Shown in pieces: positions 12,884-21,650 of a stretch of DNA of 64,000 bases; position 1 is the first letter of the stretch; every line of letters begins with the position of its first letter. Made by a program: the position numbers and the translations under genes. The stretch covers positions 13,569-77,568 of the forward strand of contig CAVZCI010000016.1 of NCBI GenBank assembly GCA_963773815.1, read 5' to 3'. Origin of the DNA: an uncultured Acidobacteriota bacterium. Its GTDB lineage: Bacteria > Acidobacteriota > Thermoanaerobaculia > UBA5066 > DATFVB01. A model generated the notes under the pieces. That model worked only from the letters and a program-made list of their open reading frames with translations. It had not been told where the DNA came from and made no database searches.

Positions 12884-13861
12884 TCAGGACGCGGCGGCCG
12901 ACACGTAGGTTCCATTTTTTCGATCGAGCGCTTCGGTGAGCGACTCGGGATTCGTGATCAGGACTTCGCGGCCGCCCGATTCGACAAAGCGCGCGGCGGC
13001 GTCGATCTTCGGCCCCATGCTCCCCTTCGGAAACTGTCCTTCGGCGAGGAGGCGCCGGGCCTCCACCGCCGTCAGCGAGGGAAGAGCCTGCTGCGACGGC
13101 TTGCCGAAGTCCCGGTAGACGCGCGCGACGCCGGTGAGCACGATGAAGAGGTCCGCCGAAAGGGAAGAGGCGAGCAGCGACGCGACGTAGTCCTTGTCGA
13201 TCACCGCCTCGACGCCGCGCATCTCTCCGCTCCCGTCGAAGACGACGGGAATTCCGCCTCCTCCCGCCGCGATCACGATCTTCCCCCGGTTCACGAGCCA
13301 GGCGATGATCTCCGTCGAAAGGACCGCCTTCGGCTTCGGCGACGCGACGAGCTTTCTCCACCCCCGCCCGGCGTCTTCGGCCATCGTCCAGCCGTGCGTC
13401 TTCATCAGCTCCCGGGCGCGCGTCCCGTCGAAAAAGGGCCCGATCGGCTTGCTCGGGTTCTGAAAGCCCGGGTCCGCGGCGTCCACCTCGACCGTCGTCA
13501 CGAGCGTGATGATTTCCTTCCGGAAGCCCGCCCTTCCGAGAACGTTCGTCAGCGCCGTCTGCAGCAGGAACCCCATCGAGCCCTGCGTCTGGGCGACGCA
13601 CACATCGAGGGTCTGGGGAGGGATCCGGTCCGCCGACCCCTCGACCTGGAGGAGGAGGTTTCCGACCTGCGGCCCGTTGCCGTGCACGACGATGAGCTCG
13701 TAACCCCTGTTGAGAACGGGCAGGAGCCAGCCGGCCGCGTCTTCGGCCCTTCGCTGCTGCACGTCGAGCGCGCCCGAGTCCTCCGGGCGAAGCAGCGCGT
13801 TGCCGCCGAACGCGACGATCGCGAGGGGGCGGACGAAGGAAAAGAAGGACTGCGGGCTCAA
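12884..13861 (-). CDS. arcC: carbamate kinase
   Basis: Contains IVAFGGNALL, VVHGNGPQVG and AAGGGGIPV motifs, over 325 aa. Confidence 0.9.
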   Translation of the reverse strand: MSPQSFFSFVRPLAIVAFGGNALLRPEDSGALDVQQRRAEDAAGWLLPVLNRGYELIVVHGNGPQVGNLLLQVEGSADRIPPQTLDVCVAQTQGSMGFLLQTALTNVLGRAGFRKEIITLVTTVEVDAADPGFQNPSKPIGPFFDGTRARELMKTHGWTMAEDAGRGWRKLVASPKPKAVLSTEIIAWLVNRGKIVIAAGGGGIPVVFDGSGEMRGVEAVIDKDYVASLLASSLSADLFIVLTGVARVYRDFGKPSQQALPSLTAVEARRLLAEGQFPKGSMGPKIDAAARFVESGGREVLITNPESLTEALDRKNGTYVSAAAS

Positions 13862-15156
13862 AGGTCTTTCCGGGCGAGCGGCATCGTCATGCAGCGGGGT
13901 CCGCCGCGCGCGCGGGAGAGCTCCGGGCCCGCGATCTGAATCGCGTACTTCTTGTCGGTCCAGAGCTCCAGCTCTTCCCTTCCCATCAGGATGTCGTCTT
14001 CATAGAGAATCTTGTAGCCCTTCCGATCCAGCTCTTCGGCCGTCCGGACGTTTCGCTCGTAGCAGATGATCACTCCCGGAGCGAGGGCGAACGCGTTCGC
14101 GCCATCGGTCCACTGCTCGCGCTGCTGGGAGATCACGTCGGTTCCGCCGCACGGGATCGGCTTCAGGTCGATTCCGTTCTCCTTCAGGACCTCGAGCAGG
14201 GAGCCCTTCGACGTGTACGTGATCTCGCGGCCGGTCAGGGTGACCTGGTACACGTCGGCCTCTTCCGGGCCGCCCTTTTCGATCATCGGCGTGTAGCACA
14301 GGCACTCGTCGCGGTTGACCATCGTGAAGACCGTGTCGAGGTGCATGTACGAGCGCCGCGCGGGGATCTCGACGGTGAAGATCTTCTTGATGCCGACCTT
14401 CCCTCCTTTGAGCGAGGCCGCGAGCTGCTCGACGGTCGCCTTGGAGGTGCGCTCCGAGATCCCGACGAGAAGGATGTCCTCCCGCGGGATCAGGATGTCG
14501 CCCCCTTCGAGGGAGGGCCGGCTCGCGGCGGTCGAGAGACGGGTGAAGTCCGTCGAAAACTCGCGGTACAGGAAGAAGTCCTTCGGCCGCTCGATCCGCG
14601 GCGAGTACTGGAAGACGTATCCGGACAGGAGCGGCTCGCGCAAACGCGCCGCGGTCGCCATCGACCCGAGCACGACCCGATCGCCGAGAACGACCTGCGG
14701 GTCCCGCATGAAGAAGCAATTCGGAAGCGGCGGCAGGAGATACAGCGTTTCGAGGCGGTCGGAAATCTGGCCTCCCTCGCGCACGATACCCTCGATCAGC
14801 ATCGCCGCGGCCTGCTCGGGAGACGCCTCCCAGATCGGCCGCATCGCGGCCTCGGGGATCTGGAGCTTCAAGGCGAGGTCCGCGAGGACCTCTTCCTTGA
14901 TCGCGGGGACCATCAGGATCTCCTCGAGCAGGTCCTGGAATTCCAGCACCTCGACGGTGTCGGCGTCTTCCTTCCACGCCGTCCGGAGGATCTGCTGGAA
15001 GCGCCGGTGCTCTTCGCGGGCGCCGTCTCCGTAGAGGATGTCGTCGAACAGCAGCTCGTCCATCATCGACGGAACCATCCGGTCGATTTCCTTGCCCGGC
15101 AGATGGACGAGAACGGATTCCAGCTTGCCGACTTCGGAGGTGACGTGCAGCTTCAT
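13858..15156 (-). CDS. arcA: arginine deiminase
   Basis: 432-aa ORF with an N-terminus (MKLHVTSEVGKLESVLVH) and C-terminus (...GPRCMTMPL) typical of arginine deiminase. It overlaps arcC by 4 nt. Confidence 0.9.
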   Translation of the reverse strand: MKLHVTSEVGKLESVLVHLPGKEIDRMVPSMMDELLFDDILYGDGAREEHRRFQQILRTAWKEDADTVEVLEFQDLLEEILMVPAIKEEVLADLALKLQIPEAAMRPIWEASPEQAAAMLIEGIVREGGQISDRLETLYLLPPLPNCFFMRDPQVVLGDRVVLGSMATAARLREPLLSGYVFQYSPRIERPKDFFLYREFSTDFTRLSTAASRPSLEGGDILIPREDILLVGISERTSKATVEQLAASLKGGKVGIKKIFTVEIPARRSYMHLDTVFTMVNRDECLCYTPMIEKGGPEEADVYQVTLTGREITYTSKGSLLEVLKENGIDLKPIPCGGTDVISQQREQWTDGANAFALAPGVIICYERNVRTAEELDRKGYKILYEDDILMGREELELWTDKKYAIQIAGPELSRARGGPRCMTMPLARKDL

Positions 15157-15209
15157 AATCAGTCGTTTACGCTCGTCTGGTCCGCCGACGACGCGAACGG
15201 TGGAATATA

Positions 15210-15767
15210 TCAGACGGTCGAGGTCGCCCAGAGGTAGGCGGCAAACGCGCAGGCGGACGCCTCGAGCTCGTCCGAGGTGGTCGCGTCGCGGCCGAGAGGC
15301 AGCTCGAGGCCCAGGCCGCGAAGAATGTCATGGCGCGCCCGGCGACCTGCGGGAAGAGCGATCCGGGGCGGCCGGCGCCCGGCCCACTCCTTCCACAATT
15401 CCTCCGGGCACGCTTCCAGAAGCGAGACGTCATTTTTCGGGGCTTCGCCGAGAAGGCCGAATCCCCTCCTTCCGAGCGCCGCGAAGAGGCGCTCGGCCTC
15501 CGAACCCCGCGAAGAGCCGATCGCGAGGACGAAACCCTCCTGCTCGGCTTCGGGAGGGACCAGGCCCTCGGCGCTCTCCTCAAAGGTCCAGGTGCGGAAT
15601 CGTACGCGGCGCCACCGATCCATCATCGCGACCGTGACCGGGTGAACGTGCCCGGCATGCGGAGCCTCGACGGAAGCGCCGAGAAACCAGCCCCGCGCGG
15701 CCGGCGCGAGGCGAGCCCCGGACGCGGAGACCGCGCCTTCGAGGGGAAGCGCGCTCTCCCGGTGAGA
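15210..15767 (-). CDS. DUF429-like (RNase H-fold) domain, read in frame with the upstream SthA ORF with no stop between them
   Basis: The 185-aa tail follows the normal SthA C-terminus (...FKYAAYDGLQRL). Its end, ...ARHDILRGLGLELPL..TSDELEASACAFAAYLW, resembles the conserved D.LDA...A..A end of DUF429/COG2410. This rests on recall only. Confidence 0.35.
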   Translation of the reverse strand, partial: SHRESALPLEGAVSASGARLAPAARGWFLGASVEAPHAGHVHPVTVAMMDRWRRVRFRTWTFEESAEGLVPPEAEQEGFVLAIGSSRGSEAERLFAALGRRGFGLLGEAPKNDVSLLEACPEELWKEWAGRRPPRIALPAGRRARHDILRGLGLELPLGRDATTSDELEASACAFAAYLWATSTV

Positions 15768-17170
15768 AAGGCGCTGCAAGCCGTCGTACGCCGCGTACTT
15801 GAAACACTCGGAGAGCGTCGGAAAATTGAAGACCATGTCGAGGAAATCGTCGAGGCCTCCGCCCTTCGACATGACGACCTGGGGAATGTGGACGAGCTCG
15901 GTCGCGCTCCCTCCGGCCAGGTGAGCGCCGAGAAGCTCTTTGGTCTTCGGGTCGAAAACGAGCTTCACGAAGCCGTCGGGGTCGCCGGTGATCTGCCCGC
16001 GCGCGTTGTTTTCGTATCGCGCGCGCCCGACTTCGTAAGGCACTCCGGCCGCCTTCAGCTCCTCTTCGGTCTTTCCGATCGAGGCGATTTCCGGAATCGT
16101 GTAAACGCCGTAGGGGAACACCGGCGAAGCCGCCGTCTTGAAAGGAAGGCCGAACGCGCGGCAGATCGCGATGCGGGCCTGTTCCATCGACGTCGCGGCG
16201 AGCGCCGGGAATCCGATCACGTCGCCGGCCGCGTAGATCCCGGCAACCGAAGTCTGGAAGCTGGCGTCGACGGAGATCTTCCCCGCTCGTCGGCGGCGAC
16301 GCCCGCGGCCTCGAGTCCCAGCCCTTCCGTGTTTCCGCGGCGCCCGGCCGAGAAGAGAACTTTGTCGGCCTTCAGGACCCGGCCCGAACGAAGCCGGCAG
16401 CGCAGCGCGTCGCGCTTCCGGCCGGGCTCGCGGTCGATCGAATCCACGGCGTCTCCGAGGAGGATCTCCGCGCCCATTCGGTCGAGAGCGACTTCGAGCG
16501 CCGCCGAAAGCTCCCCGTCGAGGAACCCGAGCAGGCGGTCGCGCCCCTCGATCAGCGTGACCCGGGTTCCCAGCGCGGCGAAGATCGACGCGTACTCGCA
16601 GCCGATGACCCCTCCCCCGACGACCGCGAGACGGTCCGGGATGCGGTCGAGGTCGAGGATGCGGTCGGAATCCACGAGGTCGGGGTCGTCGAACGCGATT
16701 CCGCGCGGCGGAATCGGGGAGGATCCGGTCGCGATCAGGATCACGTCGCTCGTCAAACGCCGGATCTCCGCTCCGGACGAATCCTGGACCGCGACGGTTC
16801 GGGAATCGAGAAAGAGCGCGTCGCCGCGAACGAGCTCGATCCGATGCCGCTCCAAGTTCCGCCGGATCTGGCGCTCCTGGCGCTGCGTCACGTCCCGCAG
16901 CCGGCCCGTGAGCTGGCGGAGATTCTTGCGGCGGTCGAGCTTCAGGGTCATGCCGTACAGCTCGCCGCGCCGGAACCCCGTGAGGTAGAGCGCCGTCTCG
17001 CGCAGAGTCTTGGAAGGAAGCGTGCCCGTGTGCACGGAGGCGCCCCCCGGCTCCGGGGCGCGCTCGACCATCGCGACGCGCTTGCCGAAGTACGCCGCCT
17101 GCGCCGCGCCCTTTTCCCCGGCGGGCCCGGAGCCGATCACGACGAGGTCGAATTTTTCCGCGGCCGGCAC
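15768..17170 (-). CDS. sthA: soluble pyridine nucleotide transhydrogenase-like flavoprotein (SthA / Lpd family); frame break in a G4 run at 16281-16284
   Basis: Contains FAD motif VVIGSGPAGEKGA, NAD motif VVGGGVIGCEYA, and ...GIYAAGDVIG. It has GASVHTGTLPSK with no redox-active Cys pair, as in SthA. Adding one G restores ERGKISVDASFQTSVAGIYAAGD. Confidence 0.75.
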
Positions 17171-17204
17171 CCCGAAATCATAGCGCCGGGAGCGAGGCCG
17201 GTCC

Positions 17205-17624
17205 CTATTCGCGGCGCATCCTGTCGAGATAATTCCGAGGCGAAACGACGCGGACTCCCTGGCAAGATCCCGCGGGGTAATGGCGAAGATTGCCGGTTAC
17301 GAGGACTGCGTCGGCAGCAAAAGCAACTTCGAGGAAAGGCTCATCGTCGGGATCCGGGAGCCGGCTAGCCATGGGCCGCCCAGACACCGGAAGACCTTCG
17401 GCTTCGAGACCCTCCAGCAAGAGACGTATCTGGAGCGGATCAAATCGGAACTCCGGGCGAGACAGAAGCTCATCGTACTCCGAGAGGATCCGCTGATCGT
17501 ACGCAATCTTCAGCTTTCCCACGAGAACGGCCGTGAGAATTCTTGCGGGAGTTCCGTGAGGCGTCAGTAAAGCCGAAACCAGGACGTTGGTATCGAGAAC
17601 GAGATCGGCGGGAACGTCACCCAC
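17205..17624 (-). CDS. PIN-domain toxin (type II TA system)
   Basis: Contains LVLDTNVLVSALL... and ...DEPFLEVAFAADAVLVTGN. It overlaps the upstream antitoxin gene by 8 nt. Confidence 0.8.
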   Translation of the reverse strand: MGDVPADLVLDTNVLVSALLTPHGTPARILTAVLVGKLKIAYDQRILSEYDELLSRPEFRFDPLQIRLLLEGLEAEGLPVSGRPMASRLPDPDDEPFLEVAFAADAVLVTGNLRHYPAGSCQGVRVVSPRNYLDRMRRE

Positions 17625-17916
17625 GCGAGCGGCGCCGGCGCCCAGACCGAGCTGCCTTGATCGCCCGGTTGATCTCTTTCAATTTCATTTTCGACACGCC
17701 CGTTTCCACGGAACGTCTCTGCAGCGCGTCGACGGCCTGCAGCGCCGCCGCGCGGCGCAGCGTTGAAAGCGTTCCGTCGAGGCTGTCTTCGGTGATCGAG
17801 AGCATCAATGCAAACGGCTTCCCGTTCGCCGAAACTACGACACGCCCCTCTTTCCCCACGGTCTTCCGAACCTGAGCAGGCCGTGTGCGGAAATCACGAA
17901 CGGTGACCGTCTTCAT
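17617..17916 (-). CDS. Phd/YefM-type antitoxin
   Basis: MKTVTVRDFRTRPAQVRKTV...VVVSANGKPFALML is a typical prevent-host-death N-terminus. It sits immediately upstream of the PIN gene. Confidence 0.7.
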   Translation of the reverse strand: MKTVTVRDFRTRPAQVRKTVGKEGRVVVSANGKPFALMLSITEDSLDGTLSTLRRAAALQAVDALQRRSVETGVSKMKLKEINRAIKAARSGRRRRSRG

Positions 17917-18017
17917 GGCTCGAGGATAACAAAATGGGTGACAATTGTCACCCGAGACGTCCCCGAGGGCAACGCTCGGCGCCCACAACGCCGTTGCGTG
18001 ACGAAGCGTCCGGCGGC

Positions 18018-19289
18018 CTACTTGTCGGGAATCGCTCGAAGGGCGGAGGAATTCGCCGTATCGTCGGACCTCGCGACCGGCCGCGGCTCAACTTCAATTA
18101 GCGTCGGCTCCAGGATGTCCTCGGAGGCAGCTGAACCCAGGTCTTTGAACTTCCTCGCGCCGGTAAGAACGCGCGATTCGAGTGATCCGACGGCGCTGTT
18201 GTAGGCCGCGACAGCGGCTGAAAGTGATGACCCGACCTTTCGAACATGATCGGTCATCGTCCGGATTCGATCGTAAAGGTCCTTCCCGAGTTCGCTAATT
18301 CGTTGAGCGTTCCTGGCGAGAGATTCCTGTCTCCAGCCATAGGCAACCGATCGAAGCAATGAGATGAGCGTCACGGGGCTGGCGGGGATCACCTTCTGGT
18401 CAACGCCAAATTCGATCAGGGTGGGATCGTACCGAAGTGCCGCACTGAAAAACGACTCGCCAGGCAAGAACATCACAACGAATTCCGGAGTTGGCGTGAA
18501 CTGGTCCCAATAGCCCTTCGCAGAGAGCTTTCCGATGTGATCGCGAACCTGCCGCGAATGATCCTTCAAGAGGACTTCACGCACGGCATCATCCGCGGTC
18601 TCGACGCTTTCGAGGTAAGCGGAGAGCGGCGCCTTGGAATCCACGACCAGAATTCGATCCCCGGGCAATCGCACGATGAGATCCGGCCGTAATCTTCCGT
18701 CGTCGGTCTGCCGGCTTGTCTGCTCCATGAAGTCACAGCGATCCAACATGCCGGCCATTTCAACGACGCGTCGCAATTGCATTTCGCCCCAGTGGCCGCG
18801 GACGTGTGGCTGTCGAAGTGCCTTGACCAGGTTTGCGGTCTCTCCGTGCAACTGTTTTTCAGCATGAACCATCGATTCGAGCTGTTGCTTCAGTGCGCTT
18901 TGCGAGTCGATTCGCGCCTTCTCCAACTCGCCGAGCTTTCCGTCCACCTTGTCCAACGAGTCGCGGATAGGCTTGACCAGGTTGTCGATCGCTTCCTTTC
19001 GCTTTTCGAGTTCGCTCCCCGCCGCAGCATGAAACTCGTTGAGCTTTGTCGTTGCGAGATCCAAAAAAGTCTGGTTGTTTTCCCGAAGAGCGTCAGCGGA
19101 GACCGCTTTAAACGCGTCCCGGAGCTTGGCCTCGGCCTCTTCGAGCAGTCGGGCTTTGTCGTCAGCTGCGCGGGACCGTTCCTCGCTACGAGCATTTGCC
19201 GCCGCAATTTCAGGGCGATACCGCACGAGAGCCAGCAACCAACCGATCAGTGCTCCCGCCGCCGCAGCCACTGCTGCGATCCAGGTCAT
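18018..19289 (-). CDS. rmuC: DNA recombination protein RmuC
   Basis: N-terminal TM segment, then a long coiled coil, then an RmuC nuclease-like core ([24 protein letters not shown]..., [10 protein letters not shown]). Confidence 0.85.
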   Translation of the reverse strand: MTWIAAVAAAAGALIGWLLALVRYRPEIAAANARSEERSRAADDKARLLEEAEAKLRDAFKAVSADALRENNQTFLDLATTKLNEFHAAAGSELEKRKEAIDNLVKPIRDSLDKVDGKLGELEKARIDSQSALKQQLESMVHAEKQLHGETANLVKALRQPHVRGHWGEMQLRRVVEMAGMLDRCDFMEQTSRQTDDGRLRPDLIVRLPGDRILVVDSKAPLSAYLESVETADDAVREVLLKDHSRQVRDHIGKLSAKGYWDQFTPTPEFVVMFLPGESFFSAALRYDPTLIEFGVDQKVIPASPVTLISLLRSVAYGWRQESLARNAQRISELGKDLYDRIRTMTDHVRKVGSSLSAAVAAYNSAVGSLESRVLTGARKFKDLGSAASEDILEPTLIEVEPRPVARSDDTANSSALRAIPDK

Positions 19290-19290
19290 C

Positions 19291-19569
19291 CTATCGCCGT
19301 CCCGAGATCAGGTGCACGATCGCGACGAAGAGCGCCGCGCCGATGATCGACCAGATGACCGGGAACGGATGATGCTCGATCGAGATCGCGAGAAGATCGG
19401 GAAGGTGCATCTTCCGGGCGAGCCACGACCCGAGAAGCGCCCCGATGAATCCCACGGCGATCGACACGAGGCACCCGCCCCGCGTTCCGCCGGCGATCGC
19501 GCGCCCGATCGCGCCGCAGATCGCGGCGACGAGCAGAAGAATCAGAAATCCCGTGAACGAGAACGTCAT
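19291..19569 (-). CDS. GlsB/YeaQ/YmgE (transglycosylase-associated) small membrane protein
   Basis: 92 aa with three hydrophobic Gly-rich helices ([18 protein letters not shown]..., [15 protein letters not shown]). Confidence 0.7.
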   Translation of the reverse strand: MTFSFTGFLILLLVAAICGAIGRAIAGGTRGGCLVSIAVGFIGALLGSWLARKMHLPDLLAISIEHHPFPVIWSIIGAALFVAIVHLISGRR

Positions 19570-19607
19570 GGCGCGGCCCCTCCAAATCTGCGAGAATAAT
19601 ACAGTCT

Positions 19608-19772
19608 GTGGTCGACGAAGAGCGCGAGATCGATTACCTGATCTGCAGGGAATGCAACACCCCCTGCTACATCTTCGAAATCGAGGGCGGCAGCGTGAGC
19701 GAAGCGCTCTGCCAGGTCTGCGGCAACGATCTGCCGGGACGGTTCGCGATCGGCGAGGTCGAAGAAGCGTGA
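19608..19772 (+). CDS. small Cys-rich (zinc-ribbon-like) protein, 54 aa, start/stop-overlapped with purB
   Basis: Hand translation: VVDEEREIDYLICRECNTPCYIFEIEGGSVSEALCQVCGNDLPGRFAIGEVEEA*. It has CxxC...C...CxxC spacing and GC3 of about 80%. Its stop overlaps the purB GTG start as GTGA. It falls below the ORF-track length cutoff. Confidence 0.45.
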   Translation: MVDEEREIDYLICRECNTPCYIFEIEGGSVSEALCQVCGNDLPGRFAIGEVEEA

Positions 19773-21190
19773 CGGATCTTCGCCACGACTCCTATTCGGA
19801 TCCGCTGACCGAGCGATACGCTTCCCCCGACATGTCGCGGATCTTCTCCGCGCGGTTCAAGTTCGAGACCTGGCGCCGCCTCTGGGTCATCCTCGCGGAG
19901 GAGGAGAAACGCCTCGGGCTCCCGATTTCCGACGAAGCTCTCGGCCAGATGCGGGCAAAGGTCTCGGAAATCGATTTCGACGCCGCGGCCGCCCACGAGA
20001 AGGAAACTCGCCACGACGTCATGGCGCACGTGAAAACGTTCGGAGAAGCCGCTCCCGCCGCCGCCGGGATCATCCACTGGGGCGCGACGTCCGCCTTCGT
20101 CGCGGATAACGGGGACCTCGTCCAGATGCGCGACGCCCTGCGCCTGCTCGAGGGACGGATCGCCTCGTTTCTTCGAAAACTGCGAGCCTTCGCGTGGGAT
20201 CACCGCTCGCTCGCCTGTCTCGCGTACACGCACTTCCAGCCCGCGCAGCCGACGACCGTCGGAAAACGCGCCTGCCTGTGGGCCCAGGAATTCCTGTGGG
20301 ACCTCCAGGAGACTCGAAGGGTTCGGGAGGGCCTTCGTTTTCTCGGCGCGAAGGGCGCGACCGGAACGCAGGCGTCGTTTCTGTCTCTCTTCGAGGGCGA
20401 CTCGACGAAGGTGGAGGCGCTCGACCAGGCCGTGACGGAAAGAGCGGGGTTCGCCCGGCGACAGCTCGTTTCGGGCCAGACCTACTCGCGCAAGCAGGAC
20501 GCGTTCGTGCTTGCCGCTCTCTCGGGCTTCGCCCAGTCGTCGCACAAGTGCGCGACGGACCTTCGGCTGCTCCAGCACGAAGGGGAGCTCGCGGAACCGT
20601 TCGGCAGGTCGCAGGTCGGATCTTCCGCAATGCCCTACAAGCGTAATCCGATGCGCGCCGAGCGGGCGTGCGCGATCGCCCGCCACGTGATCGCGCTCTC
20701 GCTCGACCCGGCGTTGACGGCGGCCACCCAGTGGCTCGAGAGGACGCTCGACGACTCCGCGAACAAGCGCCTCTCCATTCCCGCCGCGTTCCTCTCGTGC
20801 GATTCGATCGCGCTCATCTTCGACGAGATTTTCGGCGGACTCGAAATCCGCGCGGACACGATCGCCGCGAACCTCGAGCGCGAGCTTCCTGTCCTCGCGA
20901 CGGAGAACCTCCTCATGGAAGCCGTGCGGCGCGGCGGGGACCGCCAGGAGCTCCATGAAGCGCTCCGCGTGCTGGCGCGGGAAGCGGCGAGCCGCCGCGA
21001 CACGGCGACGCTCGCGGAAAGGATCGCCGCTGACCCGCGATTCCGCCTGACGCGGCAGGAGGCCGACGCGGCCGCCCACCGCGGGCTGACCGGCCGAAGC
21101 GCCGAGCAGGTCGAGACGTTCCTGCGCGAGGAGCTCGATCCGGCGCTCGCGGAGGTCGAAGCCGCGAAGCCGGAGGGGCTGAGGGTCTGA
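19769..21190 (+). CDS. purB: adenylosuccinate lyase
   Basis: Contains the signature GSSAMPYKRNP and is full-length for the family starting from VTDLRHDSYSDPLTERYASPDM. The upstream part of ORF 19445.. is Arg-rich junk. Confidence 0.9.
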   Translation: MTDLRHDSYSDPLTERYASPDMSRIFSARFKFETWRRLWVILAEEEKRLGLPISDEALGQMRAKVSEIDFDAAAAHEKETRHDVMAHVKTFGEAAPAAAGIIHWGATSAFVADNGDLVQMRDALRLLEGRIASFLRKLRAFAWDHRSLACLAYTHFQPAQPTTVGKRACLWAQEFLWDLQETRRVREGLRFLGAKGATGTQASFLSLFEGDSTKVEALDQAVTERAGFARRQLVSGQTYSRKQDAFVLAALSGFAQSSHKCATDLRLLQHEGELAEPFGRSQVGSSAMPYKRNPMRAERACAIARHVIALSLDPALTAATQWLERTLDDSANKRLSIPAAFLSCDSIALIFDEIFGGLEIRADTIAANLERELPVLATENLLMEAVRRGGDRQELHEALRVLAREAASRRDTATLAERIAADPRFRLTRQEADAAAHRGLTGRSAEQVETFLREELDPALAEVEAAKPEGLRV

Positions 21191-21650
21191 ACGCATGGTC
21201 TTTTCGCGTTCGCCGAGCATCCGCGCGGCCCTCGGCCGGCAAATCCTTCGCTCGTGAATCGGAACTCGCCGCCTTGCGCCGACCGCTGCGGTGTGGAAAG
21301 GAAGCGCCGCCACAGTTTTCCGCCGCGTCGGGCAGAGAGGGCTCACCTTGGGTCGGCGCACGAGACGGCGGCTCAGACAACCGATTCACTCGCTCATGAC
21401 AGCCGACCGAGTGCCGCGCGGGAAACGGGGTCCCCTCCACGCGAGCGAAGCCAGTGCCGCCGCGTCGGAGCGGGCCGCAGGCGCCTCCCGAGAGGAGCGT
21501 AAGTTTTTTCGCTGGACTGCGTCTGAAAGTGTCGAGGACTCAGCTCGCGAAAAAATTTGCCCGAGGAGCGCGCACGGACAGGATTCCACCGCGGGGCGCG
21601 CTGCGTCTCCTCGAGGGAGGCGCCGAGAGCGGCTCGGGCGGGAGCGGCCG

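Noticed and set aside
21285-21315. SRP-RNA-like string GGAAAGGAAGCGCC (and CCGGAAGGTGGCGACC on the minus strand near 10720-10740)
   Set aside because: The tetraloop closing pairs and the conserved AGCA symmetric-loop nucleotides do not line up, and the surrounding hairpin is too asymmetric for a 4.5S-type RNA.
21191-21650. Possible c-di-AMP (ydaO-type) riboswitch upstream of the cell-wall gene rlpA
   Set aside because: Some short strings look similar (GTGAATC, ACGGGGTCCCC, CCGAGAGG, CGTAAG). However, the strongly conserved CCGAACCCG and CAGCUAA segments are absent and the order of elements does not fit. Infernal is needed for a real test.
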